DNA of 64,000 nucleotides from the human T2T-CHM13v2.0 reference genome, Homo sapiens. The notes under the pieces are model-generated. The model saw only the letters and a program-made list of their open reading frames with translations, had not been told where the DNA came from and ran no database searches. The translations under genes and the position numbers were made by a program. Below are positions 14,481 to 28,572 of the stretch, one piece after another; positions within the stretch are counted from its first letter, which is position 1, and each line of letters begins with the position of its first letter. The stretch lies in the NCBI RefSeq assembly GCF_009914755.1, contig NC_060934.1. One strand, written 5' to 3'.

Positions 14481-15616
14481 AAATACTTAGAAATAAATAT
14501 ATTGAAGGAGGAACAAGACTGGTATACTGCAAACTACAAAATATTACTGAAAGAAATTAAAGAAGACCTAAATAAATGGACAGACATCCCATGTTCCTGG
14601 ATTAGAAGACTTGATTTATTAAGATGGAATACTACCCTAATTTCCAGATTTTATGTAATACCTATCAAAATCACAAAGTCCATTTTTTTGTAAAAATGGA
14701 AAAATTGACTCTAAAACTGCAACAGACCCAAAATAGCCAAAGCAATCTTATAGCCTTATAAAAGAAAGACGAAGTTGGAAGTTTCATACTTCCCAGTTTC
14801 AAAACATACTACAAGACTATAGTAATCAAGATAGTAATGGCATAGGATAGACCTATAGACCAATGGAAAATAATTGAAAATCCAGAAATAAACTCATTCA
14901 GTTATGATCTATTAATTTTCAGTGAGTGTGCCAAGACCATTCAATGGAGAAGTTAATATAGTCTTTTAAACAAATGGCATAGCAACAACTGGGTATCCAC
15001 AGGCAGAAGAATAAAGTGGGACCTATACCTCACACTATATGCAAAAATTAACACAAAAGGGGTCAAAGATCTAAATGTAAAAGCTAAAACTGCAAAATGC
15101 TTAGAAGAAAATATAGGAGTAAGTCTTTATGACCTTTGATTTGGCAATAGTTTCTTGGACATGACACAAAAAGCATAAACTACAAGAAGAACAGATTAAA
15201 TTGGACTTCATAAAAATTTAAAAAATATTTGTTCTTTGAAGGACACTATCCAAAAAGTGAAAAAAACAACCTACAAAATGAGAGAGCATGTTTGCAAATC
15301 ATATGTCTGATAAGGGTCTAATATTCAGTATTAAAAAGCCTTTTATAACTCAACCAAAAAAGACAACCCAATTTTTTAAACGGGCAGAAGACTTAAACAT
15401 TTCTCCAAAAAGATATAAAAGTGGTTAATAAACTTATGCAAAGAGGCTCAACAGCTCTAGTCATCAGAGAAATGCAAATCAAAACCACAATGAGATATTT
15501 TACACCTACTAGAATAGCTGTAATAAAAAAGACTGATGATAATAACAAGAATTGGTAAGAATAAGGAGAAACTGGAACTCTCACACACTGCTGGTGGGAA
15601 TGTAAAGTGGTGCAGT

Positions 15617-16077
15617 TAAGGGAGGAGACCACCCCTCACATTGTGTTATGCCCAATTTCTGCCTCCAAAGAAAGAAAAAGTAAACATTAAAAGGCAGAAA
15701 TGAAACCCACAAGCAGATAGCCCGGTGCCACACCCTGGGCCTGGTAGTTAAAGACTGACCCGGACTTAATCGGTTATGTTATCTATAGATTACAGACATT
15801 GTATAGAAAAGCACTGTGAAAATCCCTATCCTTTTTTGTTCCAATCTAATTACCGGTGCATGCAGCCCCTAGTCACGTACCCCCTGCTTGCTCAATCGAT
15901 CACAACCCTCTCACACGCACCCCCTTAGAGTTGTGAGCCCTTAAAAGGGACAGGAATTGCTCACTTGGGATACTCGGCTCTTGAGACAGGAGTCTTGCCA
16001 ATGCCGCTGGCCGAATAAACCTCTTCCTTCTTTAACTCGGTGTCTGAGGAGTTTTGTCTGCAGCTCGTCCTGCTACA
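15617..16077 (+). mobile_element. Solo LTR2 (HERV-E/Harlequin, ERV1)
   Basis: TAAGGGAGGAGACCACCCCTC...CCCTTAAAAGGGACAGG...AATAAACC...CCTGCTACA; 461 bp; 4-bp TSD CAGT (15613-15616, 16078-16081). Confidence 0.9.
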
Positions 16078-16398
16078 CAGTCACTTTGGAAAACAGCTAG
16101 GCAGTTCCTCATATGTTTGAACATTGTGTTGCTATATGACCCAGAAATTCCACTCTTACAGTATATACCCAAGATAAATAAAAATATATGTCCATATGAA
16201 AACGTGTACACAGATGTTTATAGCAGCATTATTGGTAATACCCAAAAGGTGAAAATAACCCAAATTTCCATTAGCTAATGAATGCATGCACAAAATGTAT
16301 TATATCCGTGCAATGAGTATTATTTGGCCGTAAAAAAGAGTGATGCAATGATACATGCTACAACATGGATGAACCTTGAACACATTGTACTGAGAGTC

Positions 16399-17385
16399 TA
16401 TCAGACAAACCACCTCTGATAATTCAATGTACATTCGTTTCTATTTCCTTAAGTGTCGGCCAGTCTGAGAAATAAAGGGAAAGAGTACAAAAGGGAGAAA
16501 TTTTAAAGCTGGGTGTCTGGGGGAGACATCACATGTCGGCGGGTTCCATGATGCCCCCTGAGCCGCAAAACCAGCAAGTTTTTATTAGCAATTTTCAAAG
16601 GGGAGGGAGTGTATGAATAGGGTGTGGGTCACAGAGATCACATGCTTCAAGGGCAACAAAAGGTCACAAGGCAAAAGGTCAGGGCGAGATCACAAGGTCA
16701 GGGCGAAACTAGAATTATTAAGGAACTTCCATGTCCTGCTGTGCAGGCGTTGTCATTGATAATCATCTTAACAGGGTTCAAGAGCAGAGAACCGGTCTGA
16801 CTAGAATTTGCCGGGCTGGAATTTCCTAATCCTAGCAAGCCTGGGGGCGCTGCAGGAGGCCAGGGAGTGTTTCATCCCTTATCTGCAACTCCATAAGGCA
16901 GACACCCCCAGAGCAGCCATTTTAGAGGCTCCTCCTGGGAATGCATTCTTTTCCCAGGGTTGTTAATTATTAATATTCCTTACTGGGGAAAGAATTCAGC
17001 AATATTTCTCTTACCTGTTTTCAGTAATAAGAGAAACATGGCTCTGTTCCACCCAGCCCACAGGCAGCCAGACTTTAAGGTTATCTCCCTTGTTCCCTGA
17101 AAATTGCTGTTATCCTGTTCTTAAGGTGCCCAGATTTCATATTGTTCAAACACACATGCTTTAGAAAAAATTTGTGCAGTTAACGGAATCATCACAGGGT
17201 CCTGAGGCGACATACATCCTCAGCTTACAAAGATGATGGGATTAAGAGATTAAAGACAGACATAGGAAATTATTAAGAGTACTGATTGGGGAAGTGATAA
17301 ATGTCCATGAAATCTTCATAATTTATGTTCTTCTGCCAAGGCTTCAGCCAGTCCCTCCGTTTGGGGTCTCTGACTTCCTGCAACA
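16399..17385 (-). mobile_element. Solo MER11 LTR (HERV-K11/HML-8)
   Basis: Minus strand starts TGTTGCAGGAAGTCAGAGACCCCAAACGGAGGGACTGGCTGAAGCC and ends ...GATA; 987 bp; 6-bp TSD AGAGTC (16393-16398, 17386-17391), typical of betaretroviruses. Confidence 0.9.
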
Positions 17386-17733
17386 AGAGTCTATTTATAT
17401 AAAATATCCAGAAAAGGCATGTCTACAGAAATAATGAGTAGATCAGTGGTGGCTTAGGGTTGGTGGGTTGATGGGTGGAGTTGTAGGGGAGGGTAGGATA
17501 ACTAAAATACAAAGTTTCTTTTTGATGCCATGAACATGTTCTAAAATTGACTGTAGTGATGGCTGTACATGTCTGTGAATATGCTAAAAAAAAAACCACT
17601 GAATCGTACACTTTAAATGGATGAGTTGTATAGTATGTTGTGTCTCATTTTTTTAAAATAAATAGTTAAAAGACAACTAAATTTGCACTGGCCAACTTTT
17701 TAATCTAAGGAGCCATGAGTATTAGAGGTGAAA

Positions 17734-17736
<3 letters not shown>

Positions 17737-17781
<45 letters not shown>
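17737..17781. repeat. (AC)22 microsatellite
   Basis: Perfect dinucleotide run. Confidence 0.97.
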
Positions 17782-17783
<2 letters not shown>

Positions 17784-17799
17784 TAGTGATACGGAAGTA

Positions 17800-20700
17800 A
17801 AACCAGGAAGTTCTAAGCTAAATAGAGAAAGATATAGGGATTTTTGTTTGTTTGTTTAATAAGAGTGCTGGTTGATATTGAGAAAAAGACAACAAAGGTC
17901 AAGTGATAAACAGTAAGTATTTACAAATCAAAGTTGTAAACAAAATGCAAGCATGTAAAACAAGCAAACAAACAAATAAAAATAACCTGTCCTGAGCTGG
18001 GAAATGAATCTAGGATGCAGATCAAAAGCATTCAGCAAGTTAATGTGGCCAACTCCTAGACCTGTACTCGGTGAATATTTGAATTCAAAATATTAAATGG
18101 AGAATAAAAATGACCTAAAACAATGCTGTAAGAAATACAAGTATAAAATGAGGCTAGGCTGAAGCTTCTCTAGAAAATGTAAGAGGAATGTCAAAGGAAT
18201 TTTGACAGGACACATTTGTTCCAAAAATTCTACATATAGTTAAATTGCCAATAATTTGTGAAGGCAACTGAAATATTTTTTGACTCTTTGCGTACATAAG
18301 CATTTATTGATTTAATTTTTTTAAATACTTAGAAACAAAAATTAGCTTCTTTAAAGATAATTTTAAACCCTTAGTAACTAAAATATGAGCAAATTTGGTT
18401 TACTGTTAAAATATATTTAAAACAGAATTGTAAAAGATTATTGTATATATTATTACAAAATGGAATGCAAATGTCAAAACTAATTATTAAAAAAATGACA
18501 AAACTAGCTATTAATATAGTATTGCTAAAATTATGTTTTAAAGTTAGAAAAATGAGATGAGATAGAGATGATGATGGAAATAAAGGCATGAAAATTGCCT
18601 GATCTTATACAAGGAGGAATCAAGAACTACTAAATTTTTCTAGACAATAATACTTAGAAAATACATCTATAGAATGGCTGGTAACAACTAACTAGAGTTA
18701 AAAATAGAATGGAAAGTTTACACTACAGAAAATAAGCATACAAAATATAGTCCACATACCAAAAGATGGATCATAAAACATATAATTATGATAGAAGCAT
18801 GTAAAAAACATAATGCAAGACTATAGCATCTTATGTTATATAACTAAACATAAATGAGCTAAATGATCCTATAAAATGGCAAAGATTTTCAGACTTGTTC
18901 AAATGCCAAAATCAAACTCTGATATCTTTAAAAGAGAAAAAGGGAAGAAAAAAAGTATAGCTTCAAAGAAAAATTTTAAACTATTATGTTAGATAAGTTA
19001 ATTTTATATTCATAGTTGACACAATAAAGCTATAATTTTTTATGGACAAATATTATAACTGAAATATAGAAAGCAAAACTAATTAGAATTACACTAGAAT
19101 AAATCTGGACTAAGGGTAATACGTGAAATATTCCCACTATCACTGTTTTTAGCTTTTACAGGCCAAATAGATCAAAAGATAAGAAAATTGAGGATATAAT
19201 CAGGTTGATTTAGTGTATTTTTACTAAACTTTGTAACAACGATTACAAAAAAAAAAATCAATGGCCAAAACCATCAAATCTCAATACATATAACAAAGTA
19301 TAAGCTGTATAACCTACATTTTAAAAATTAAATACAATGTAATAGAGGCAAAAGTAAATATTCCAGAACATCAAAAAAATTTTGTTAAGTATCCTATAAC
19401 TACTAGGTCAAGATGGAAATCAAACTTAGAATATGAAATATTTTAAAATTAAAGAATATTTGAGAATGACATATAAAAATATCATGTCTTGAGGCCAATG
19501 CTATAGAGACAAATTCAGAGCCTTTAATGCTATTATTAAATACAACAGAATTATAATAAGTAAAATTAAGTATTAAAAGAATTCTTTTTTTAAAAAAAAG
19601 CAGGATGAAAAGTGTCAGTTAATGAATTAGCAAGAGGATATTTAGTGAATTGTTAAATTCAAGAAATAATTCCTTGAAAAAATAAACTTATGACAATATA
19701 ACTGAAAAAACACAAATAAAATTAGAAATAAGGAGAATAAAATGTCAGATACATAGGAGAATTAACAGTATTATTCCAGATACTCTCTTTAATACCAATC
19801 ACTGGACGTGAATAAGAATCGCTACTGTTTTTAGGCAAAAAGCAAAGTAGTAATCATCTATGAAGAGACAGAGGAGAGTATTAGGAAAAAAGGAAAATTC
19901 CATGTTCCTTAACATGTAAATAGGCCATTTAATGTCATTTTTTCCAGTAAAATTGTTGTTTGACATATGTGTAATTGCAGATTTGAATTGGACTTTTTAA
20001 AACTTGATAAAATTATGCTAAATTTCCCCTGGAAAGAGTTGTACAAAATTGTCCTCTCATGTAGTATAGTAAATTTTAAAGGTTTCCTAACCAAATATTG
20101 TAGACAATGTGAAAAATTAGAAGATCAACCAGAATGGATTTATGAGAACCATAGCTTAGTAGTTATAAGACCTTAATACAAAAGTTGGCAAATCTGGCTC
20201 TTGGGCCAAATCTTGCTCTGCCATCCATTACTTTTTTAAAATAAGGTTTTGTTGGGACCCAGCCATGTCCATTTGTTTATGTATTGTCTGGGGCTGCTTT
20301 GGTGCTAACAAACTCAGAGTTAAGTAGTTGTGACAGAGACTATGTGGCCCTCAAAGGCTGAAAATATTTACCATCTGGCTCTTTACAAGACAGTTTGCTG
20401 ATCCATTCCTTAGTATAACAAGGAAAGCATTGCATACCACAGGGAAGGGATTTTACTCAATGAATGATTTGGGGGAAACTGGCTCTCTGATAAAAATTTT
20501 TCAACAATATGGTAATGATTAAACAATGGTTCTTTGACATGACTCATATTGTACAGACATGAATATTGTGCTTTCAGATAATATTTAATGGCATGGTAAT
20601 AATTATATAATACTAAAATGTTTTTTAAAAGTAGGATCCCCAAAACACCATGAATCACAATTCATGTTAAAAATGCATACCTGCAAAACTATTGGCTAGG

Positions 20701-22130
20701 GAAATTAACTTTTTCTGTATTTAAAATTTAATTTTAAGAGTACCCACTTTTAAATATTGAATCTTTATGGTACTGGGTTTTAAGTTTTAATATTACTTTT
20801 AATTGGCTTTTTCATACTAATGATTCCTTTTAATGTTTTCAATTATCATATGTTTATAAAATGTAGAGATCATTTTTATTATTAAACTTTATAATGTACA
20901 CTGTTTCATAATATAACAAATCATGCACTTATTACTTTTTGAATTATTTTTTAAATATAAATCTTCAATGTTTAATGGAAAGTTATCAGAAAAATGATAT
21001 CCTGTTTATTATTATGGTCACTCATTTATTTCTACCATAAAGTATTACAAAAAGTACATAATGCTCTGATTTGGGGACTTCCAGAGGGAAAAATAATGCA
21101 TACCTGAACTGATAGACGTATTTATGTGAAAGTAACTGTAAGTAGTACACAAAATTTCTACTTAGTAGTTAATTCTTGGTTTTAGAATTTGGGGTTTTTT
21201 TCCTATAATTTTATTTTATATATTTTCTGCTGTGAAAATACATTTATTTTAAATTTCTGTAAAAAAGAAAGTAAATGTTACTAAATAGTTAAAGGCAAAA
21301 AATGTAGCCACAAACAACTTCACAAAAATATAGCAAACTGTTTAATCTCAAGATGCTTGATAGTTCTCATGTTCAGCATGCACTTTTTATGCATAAAAAC
21401 TGAATTCACTATATAAAATATGTATTTACATCATTATATACAGATTAAAAACTGATATGCTTCAAAACTATCATAAACACAATTAAAGGGCCTCCTAGGA
21501 AAAATGACAATCGGCATTTGCCATAATGTATGAGATGGCTCAGTATGACGAGAGTGTGGATTGGTAAAATTGTTTCTTGGAGATATCATGACAATATGTA
21601 TCAAGAAATTTTAAAATGTCCCTATTTGTTAAAAAAAAAAAAACCCAGTACATTTGCCTCAATATAATAAGTTGCTACTTGTTCAAAGATTTATGTACAA
21701 TAATTTTTATTACAGGATTAATCATTGCTATAACAAAAATTTTTTAAAGCTAAATAGCCAAAAATTTAGTGATAAATCGATTCTGGAACATCCACAGACT
21801 GGAGTCTCATAAAGTCCTATGGAGGCTCTGCAAATCATGACACCTAAGGAAATAATAAAATACTCTGGATAAAATATTAACTGAAAAGGGAAAAAATAAC
21901 CAACCTATAAAATGAGATAATTCTGTATTTATCCATCCATTTAGAAGGAAAGACACCAAAATATTAACCATGCTTATCCTTGGTGTTGGAAACATAGGCC
22001 ATTTATATTTTCTTCTTTATATGTTTTCTTTTTATTTTTATATGTTTCTTCTTTATATGTCTTCTTTTATATGTTTCTGTGCTTTCCAAATTTTCATCAA
22101 GAAGTATGAATAACTGTTCTAATAAAAACA
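17800..22130 (+). mobile_element. Highly degraded ancient L1 (L1ME-like) fragments
   Basis: Strongly A-rich on +, with scattered L1 ORF2/3'UTR-like text (agacaccaaaatattaacc...ttttcttctttatatgttttc). Boundaries approximate and probably discontinuous. Confidence 0.5.
20179..20407 (+). mobile_element. MER58A (hAT-Charlie) DNA transposon
   Basis: gttggcaaa...gggccaaatc...cagagttaagtagttgtgacagagactatgtggccc...aaaatatttaccatctggctctttac...gtttgctga. Confidence 0.75.
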
Positions 22131-25100
22131 CAGTCAATTTTTTTTAAACAAAGGGCACTATAGGTTATCCATTGCAATGATAAATCTAGAAGGTCAGGCT
22201 GGGAGGTTATTGTTTTGTCAAATCTTTGGGATTTGACCCTAACATGTTCCCACTTCTGTGTTGAAATCAGTTATACCCAAATCTTTTTGATCAGTCACTG
22301 ACATTTATTGAGCACCTACTAATCGTTGGGCCTTGGTTTAGCCTGAAATTGTGTGAAAGTCAAAGAGTGCATGACTTTTAGAATTGCTCATCAACAGGTA
22401 CAATTTCATAGTCAGTCCCAGGGTTTCACAGGTGTCTGAACAACTCTGGGACCACTCATATCTCTGAGCATAATTGTCTGCTCTCTGAGCTGGCACTGCA
22501 TCCCAGATGATGGCTCTCCTTGATTTTTCCATGCAGGCATCCAGGAGCAGAGCTGTGGGGCAGCAGAATCTGTGATGACAGAGAATGATGATGTATTTTT
22601 GCCAGCAGATGCTTTTGCTCCTGTTTTGATACCCCAATATTCGGATGCAGAAAAGGACTCTGAGCATTGCTGACGGGTGTGCTCTGCACACCTATCTCTT
22701 CAGGATCTGAATAATTTGGTGGAAAGACAATGCCTTTTCTGGAAAAGGGTGTCAGGTCAGTCATATTGGAGGATGCAAATTTCCTTATGTGATGGGAGTG
22801 AGGGTTGGGGTAGGGCACTTCACGGAGCATTCAGCAGTCTGCAATTAAGCATCACTCCAAGGCTTTCTGCATAGGTGATGGCTGTTTCTGCATCATGGGG
22901 CAAACCAGGTGCTAGAACTTCAAATGCCAATTACCAAAGGCGCTTCCTGCGGAGGAAACCTCTCTACAACTCACCTGACCCAGAAGGCACACATTTTTTT
23001 CTGGGTTAACATAAATGCTAAAATTGAAGAAATGAAACATTCTAAAGGCAGGATCATGTAGGTGAGATCCTTTGCCTCCTAAGCTTTTGTCCTGCCAGTC
23101 TTTTCTGTGCCTTACCATGATACCTGTGCTAGAAGTCTTCTGGGAAGCTCTTGTATAGAACCTCCAACTCTGGCAGGGTTAGTCTTCAGGGATGCTTCAG
23201 GCAGAGACCTTCTCAATATCTATCCTTGCGTCACATGGGCATTGAGTATAAGACAGCTGAGTTAGGGTCCTGTTCAGAGCCTGGGATCAGGGAACCCGCA
23301 TAGTCTAAGGAATACAGGAGTCCCTCTTCCCACTGCCAAGGACAAGTTTGCAAACCTGACTAGCGAAGCCCTTCTTCTGATTAAGGCAACGTGGCCCCCT
23401 GGTTATGAGTACAGATTTCCAAATCCAATTAGTGTGGCTTTTAATACCTGCTTTGCTATCCAATAGGCACAACAATGAAAAAGTTGCCTAACTTTTCTCT
23501 GCCTTGAATTCCTCATCCATATAACAGAGATGAAAAAACAAAACAAAACAAAAATTTATAGATTAGAGTTAAATGAGAGGATTTGTGAAACTTCTGATAG
23601 ACAAAGCATACTCAAAAAATGGGAGTTTATAAAAAGAACCATCAACTAGCAATGCAACCAATTTAGACAATTCCCTCTCCGGGTGTCTCGGCGTTCTGAT
23701 TCTAATCTCTGAGAGCTGGCTCAGAACACAAGGGTGGCCCGCTTGGCCTCTAAAGTTTGATGATTCTCAGGTCCTGTAAAAGGACACTGAGGAAACCATG
23801 AAATGCCAGGGGAGGGACCAAGGCACTGTAACAGGGAAACCTGAGCCCACAGCGCCATCTAGCCCGCTTGGCCCACGCCCCGCTGTGCCTGCAAGTGTAA
23901 CCCGCCCAAGCATCCTCCTCTTTTTATTTTTTTAAAGTATAATTACCGGAGCTTATGTTTCACAGTTAATGCTGTCAAGCCTTTTAAACTAATTGGTCTT
24001 TTATAGAAAATTTAACTGAAAATTAACACATCTTTTAATAACATTGCCTTAACTTTAATGGCTCTCTGCCTTTCGTTTATAATTGCTCTAAAATTGTCAT
24101 TTTCCATGTCATAGCTGCCATTTTTTATATTTGCTAGTTTTCATGGTGTAGATTTTTATTTTTAGTATTTTTCTTTCGTGAGGGATGAAAATGATTGGAT
24201 TTTTTTTTCCCTACCCCAGGCCTGCCTGGCCTGATGTGACAGCAGTGGTCTGTCCTGAGTCTAGCAGGACATACCTCCATGTACCCGACTGACACCACTG
24301 CTAGCTCCTCTGCCTCGGGACGGCCATGTGCCCTCTGTCTCCGTGTGAGCAGTTGAAATGGAGGCTCTTGAGTGAAGTGTAAGAAATAGGGTTATGGAGC
24401 AATAAATTGTTTATGTAACTAAAATCACATGGCATTAGGTTAGCTTGGACTGATAGAGAACTCAGGCCTCTCCATAACACCAGGTTCAAGGGTTTGGCCC
24501 TTAATGAAAGTACAGGAAAGACAGTAAATCATGTGAACCCACATTCCAGACGGTCACACCCTCCAGTCTTACTGATATAACTTCGTTTCTGGCAAACAGG
24601 CCAGCTCTCTGATATTAAAGATGAGAACATGGAATCATATCTTCTGGGTACCCCAACTCATCTACCCACTAAGCTCCCAAATATTATTTAAGATGTGTGT
24701 TCATGAAAGAGAGAAAGAGAGAGGATAAGTGCACACAAACACATAAATATATATACATATATGTACATGCATATATACCAAAAAAATCTGCTTCTTTGTA
24801 ATTACATGTGATCTTAAGAAATACGTATCTGCTCTGTGAAAGATTTTTATATGCCTTTGCCATTCTCCGATTAGCAGAAAGTCATAAGGAGTAACATCAT
24901 TCCCATTTAACAGTAGAAAAAATGTGCAAGGGCTGCCGGTGAGCCAGGACCAGAAGCTACAAGTCCTAATTCATGGCCCAGTTTCCCTCCTCCAAGTCAC
25001 TGCCTTTGTTCTGAAAATATGAATGCACTGGACATGCAAACTCCTGCCCTGGGCATTGTGGTGCAGTGGGCAGAGCAAAGACACACCTGCCTTAACTGGC

Positions 25101-26349
25101 TCACATTGAAATTTCTCTCTAGCTCCTGGGGGATCCTGCGCATGGGTCTCTCCATAGGCTGGCATTCACGCTTCTCAGATGTATCGTACACTAGCAAAAG
25201 GGGCCTCTGCTTTTCTCTGCTCTTTCTCTTAACACTGTTATAATATGCTTTTTCTTTATTTTTCCAGATTAGGTAGGCCCTGCAAACCTAAAGCTTCATT
25301 AAATCTTGTTTTCTAAAAAAAAAACGACAACACTCCCAACTTGTGTGCATTGGAACTCATTAGCTCTTGTAGTAGGGTTCCCCTTTTTCTCCTCAGAAGG
25401 AGGTGGCTCCTCACTGCTCCTTCAATAACGATGGTTCAGTGTGATTGGTATCTGTTTAGGAAAGGTCCAAGGCTCAAGGAAAATGGACATCATGTGCACA
25501 ACCTCCTAACTCAGAGGACAAGCAAGTGACCGGAAGGCCAAGGATGCTGTCTGACCACAGACATTGCAATGCAGACACATAAGATTAGAAGCAAAACGCA
25601 GGAAGCTGGTAAGGCCAGGACAGTGGGATGAACCAAGCAGGGAAGGGACATGAATGAAGCAGGCCTGGTGGGATACAATAGAGAGTAGTGTGGACTGTGG
25701 CTAAAGGGAGCAGCTGCTCAGCTCAAGCCAATAGCTGCTTTACGGGAATCTGGGACTCTGCCTTCTGACTCTAATTTAAAGAAGGCAGGAACCCCGATTT
25801 TATATAAAATCTTATTTTAAAATATTGGCAACAAATTCAATTTAAAAATAAAAACTTGATAAATGCAGAAGTTGTCTGTGGGGTAGATGTAGACTGCAAT
25901 GTGACATTTCGAGACTTCTATTACAGATCTTTTATTAGAAACAAGATATCAAGCCAAGTACTATGCCAATATATTGTGCTATTTCTTCTTCTAAAATGAG
26001 TGCATGAGGATGGGGTGTTGGACAAAAAAATAATCAAGGGTTGCGCTTCAGGAATCAACTCAGTGATGAGCTCACTGTCCTAGCCAGCGTATCCAGAAAC
26101 AGTGGCATTAGGAGGAAGCTGGTGGCTTTCAGAAGAAGGAGGATCCTCTCGCCAAGTCTGAAGTGTCTCATTCCAGACTTAGAACTTGGCCAGATGTGGT
26201 CTATTGTACTCGGAATACTCAGTGTGGCCAGCGGCCTTGCCTTCTTGATTGCCTTCCTGTCTACCACATTCCAACCATAATGGCCTCCAACTGCTTCCTC
26301 CAACAAACCAAACCCAGCTTGTCACCACTGTGCAGCTTTGGCCTTTATA

Positions 26350-26885
26350 GTGTTCTCTCCCTCTGTTTTTTTCAGTGTCAGCTTCAATGTTACCTCCTAG
26401 GATAATTTTACTCTGACCACTGAGGGTAAAACAGGTCTCCACACCCATTCAAGCTATTTCATGTTCTTCAAATCAATTATCCTTATGTGACACTATTCAT
26501 TTATTCACTTACCTATTTACTCTTAACCCACTAGAATGAAAGTTTAAATAACATGAAGGCAAGGTCTTCATCCTTCTTTTTTACAACTGAATCCGCAGCA
26601 TGGGGAATCATGCCTGGTGTCCAGTAAGTGCCCAATAAATGTATTGATTAAAAACACTAGCAACAATAAATACATACAGAGCTTGTCAAGTGCTAAGCAC
26701 CGCTCTAATCGCTTTACAACCTTTACCCATTTACTCATCTCTGCAACCCTGTGACATAGGTACTATTACTATCTTCATTTTAAAGATGAGAAAACTGAGG
26801 CACAGGGAGGTTAAGGTTACCCAGCCAGTAAACAGCAGTTCTGGAATCCAGATCTAAGCCATCTGGCGCTTGAGTCCATGTCCAG
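26350..26885. mobile_element. L2 3' fragment followed by a MIR (minus)
   Basis: L2 end (ctagaatg...gaaggcaagg...tgcctgg...agtaagtgcccaataaatgtattgatt), then MIR (cattttaaagatgagaaaactgaggcacagggaggttaag). Confidence 0.65.
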
Positions 26886-28076
26886 TATTCACTTTTCAGG
26901 GTCCAAGTGGAGCTTAAGTTGGGGCTGGGGTTGGGAGAAAGTGATAGCTGGATGAAAAAGAAATCTGAATACTCATATGTGAGTCTCATCCCTAAAAACA
27001 GAGAGGATTCCTTTCACCTGGTGCGACTGTGTGCATCAAGATGGTATCATTCTGAAAAATACATTTCTAAGTTGTGATCTTCTTAGAGACATATATCCAA
27101 AAACCTAATTATTCCCTCTCATCCTGTGTTTCTGCTGTTGATTTGTGAGATAAAGCCACAGGGCCATGTCTGTAACATCCTGATCTGTTCCAGGAATGCC
27201 TGTGATGAATCAAAATATTATTCTTTTAACAAATGAAGCAGTAAGCAGCAGGAGTTGGGTTATGAAGGACAATATTCAGAGAATGTTTAGACACATGATT
27301 AAATGACAATTTGGGGAGGAGCGCTAGAATAAGGAGACTGTCAACAGCTGAAGAGATTTGTGTGTGGATGTTGTGATGTTGCTTATGAGTGAATGCCTGC
27401 AATGAAAGTTTACCTCTGTCTCCTGCTGTTTGGAGGAGTCTCACTTTCTCAATTTATATTCATGACAGCCCTTTTTGTTCCTTCTAGTTACTGCCTTGGC
27501 ACTTGACTAATCTGTTTTTTCATACATTAAGGTTGGGGTAGAATGCAAAGAAATCACAGGTAACATTTTACCAAAACGTCTGGATCCAACTAGATTTGTG
27601 GACTCAGACCCTACTCAAGACCTCATTATGAAGCTTGTTCATCCTAGACAATGAAAACAAGACCTGGAATAATTTGATAGGCATTTTGATTAATGATTTG
27701 AAAAGTTACCATCAATGACTTACTTAAATATGTCTTGCTTCAACACTTAAACCAAGAGTATTCACATTATTGTCCAAAAGATTCGATAGTGTAGCTAAAG
27801 TGCCTCGCACAGTTCTGGGCCCTTAGTAAATGATGCTCCTGATGATAAATACAATGACAGTTACCAGATTCCTGATACCCTTTTATCCTAGGCTAGAATG
27901 CAGAAGACATGCTGCTCCCATACTATTGCATCCAAACATGCCTTAGTCACACTATCCCAAACATTTTTGTGTGCATTTCAAAGGAGATGAGAGATGGCTT
28001 GTTTAAAAATTTCAAATCAATTCACTTTGAATTCTCATTTGAATTTCCAAGAACTGACTACCTACTGATGATATAG

Positions 28077-28572
<496 letters not shown>

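Larger units (their letters stand above)
14480..17650 (+). mobile_element. Old L1 (L1MB-like) ORF2 3' end and 3'UTR, split by two solo LTRs
   Basis: Degraded ORF2 peptides (LLKEIKEDLNKWTDIPCSWIRRL); L1 text rejoins across both LTR insertions; L1M-type 3' end. Confidence 0.85.

Noticed and set aside
25245-25278. Plus-strand ttttccAG|ATTAG|GTAGGC, an apparent 5-nt microexon
   Set aside because: Antisense to KCNMA1, frame-less, and easily a chance juxtaposition.
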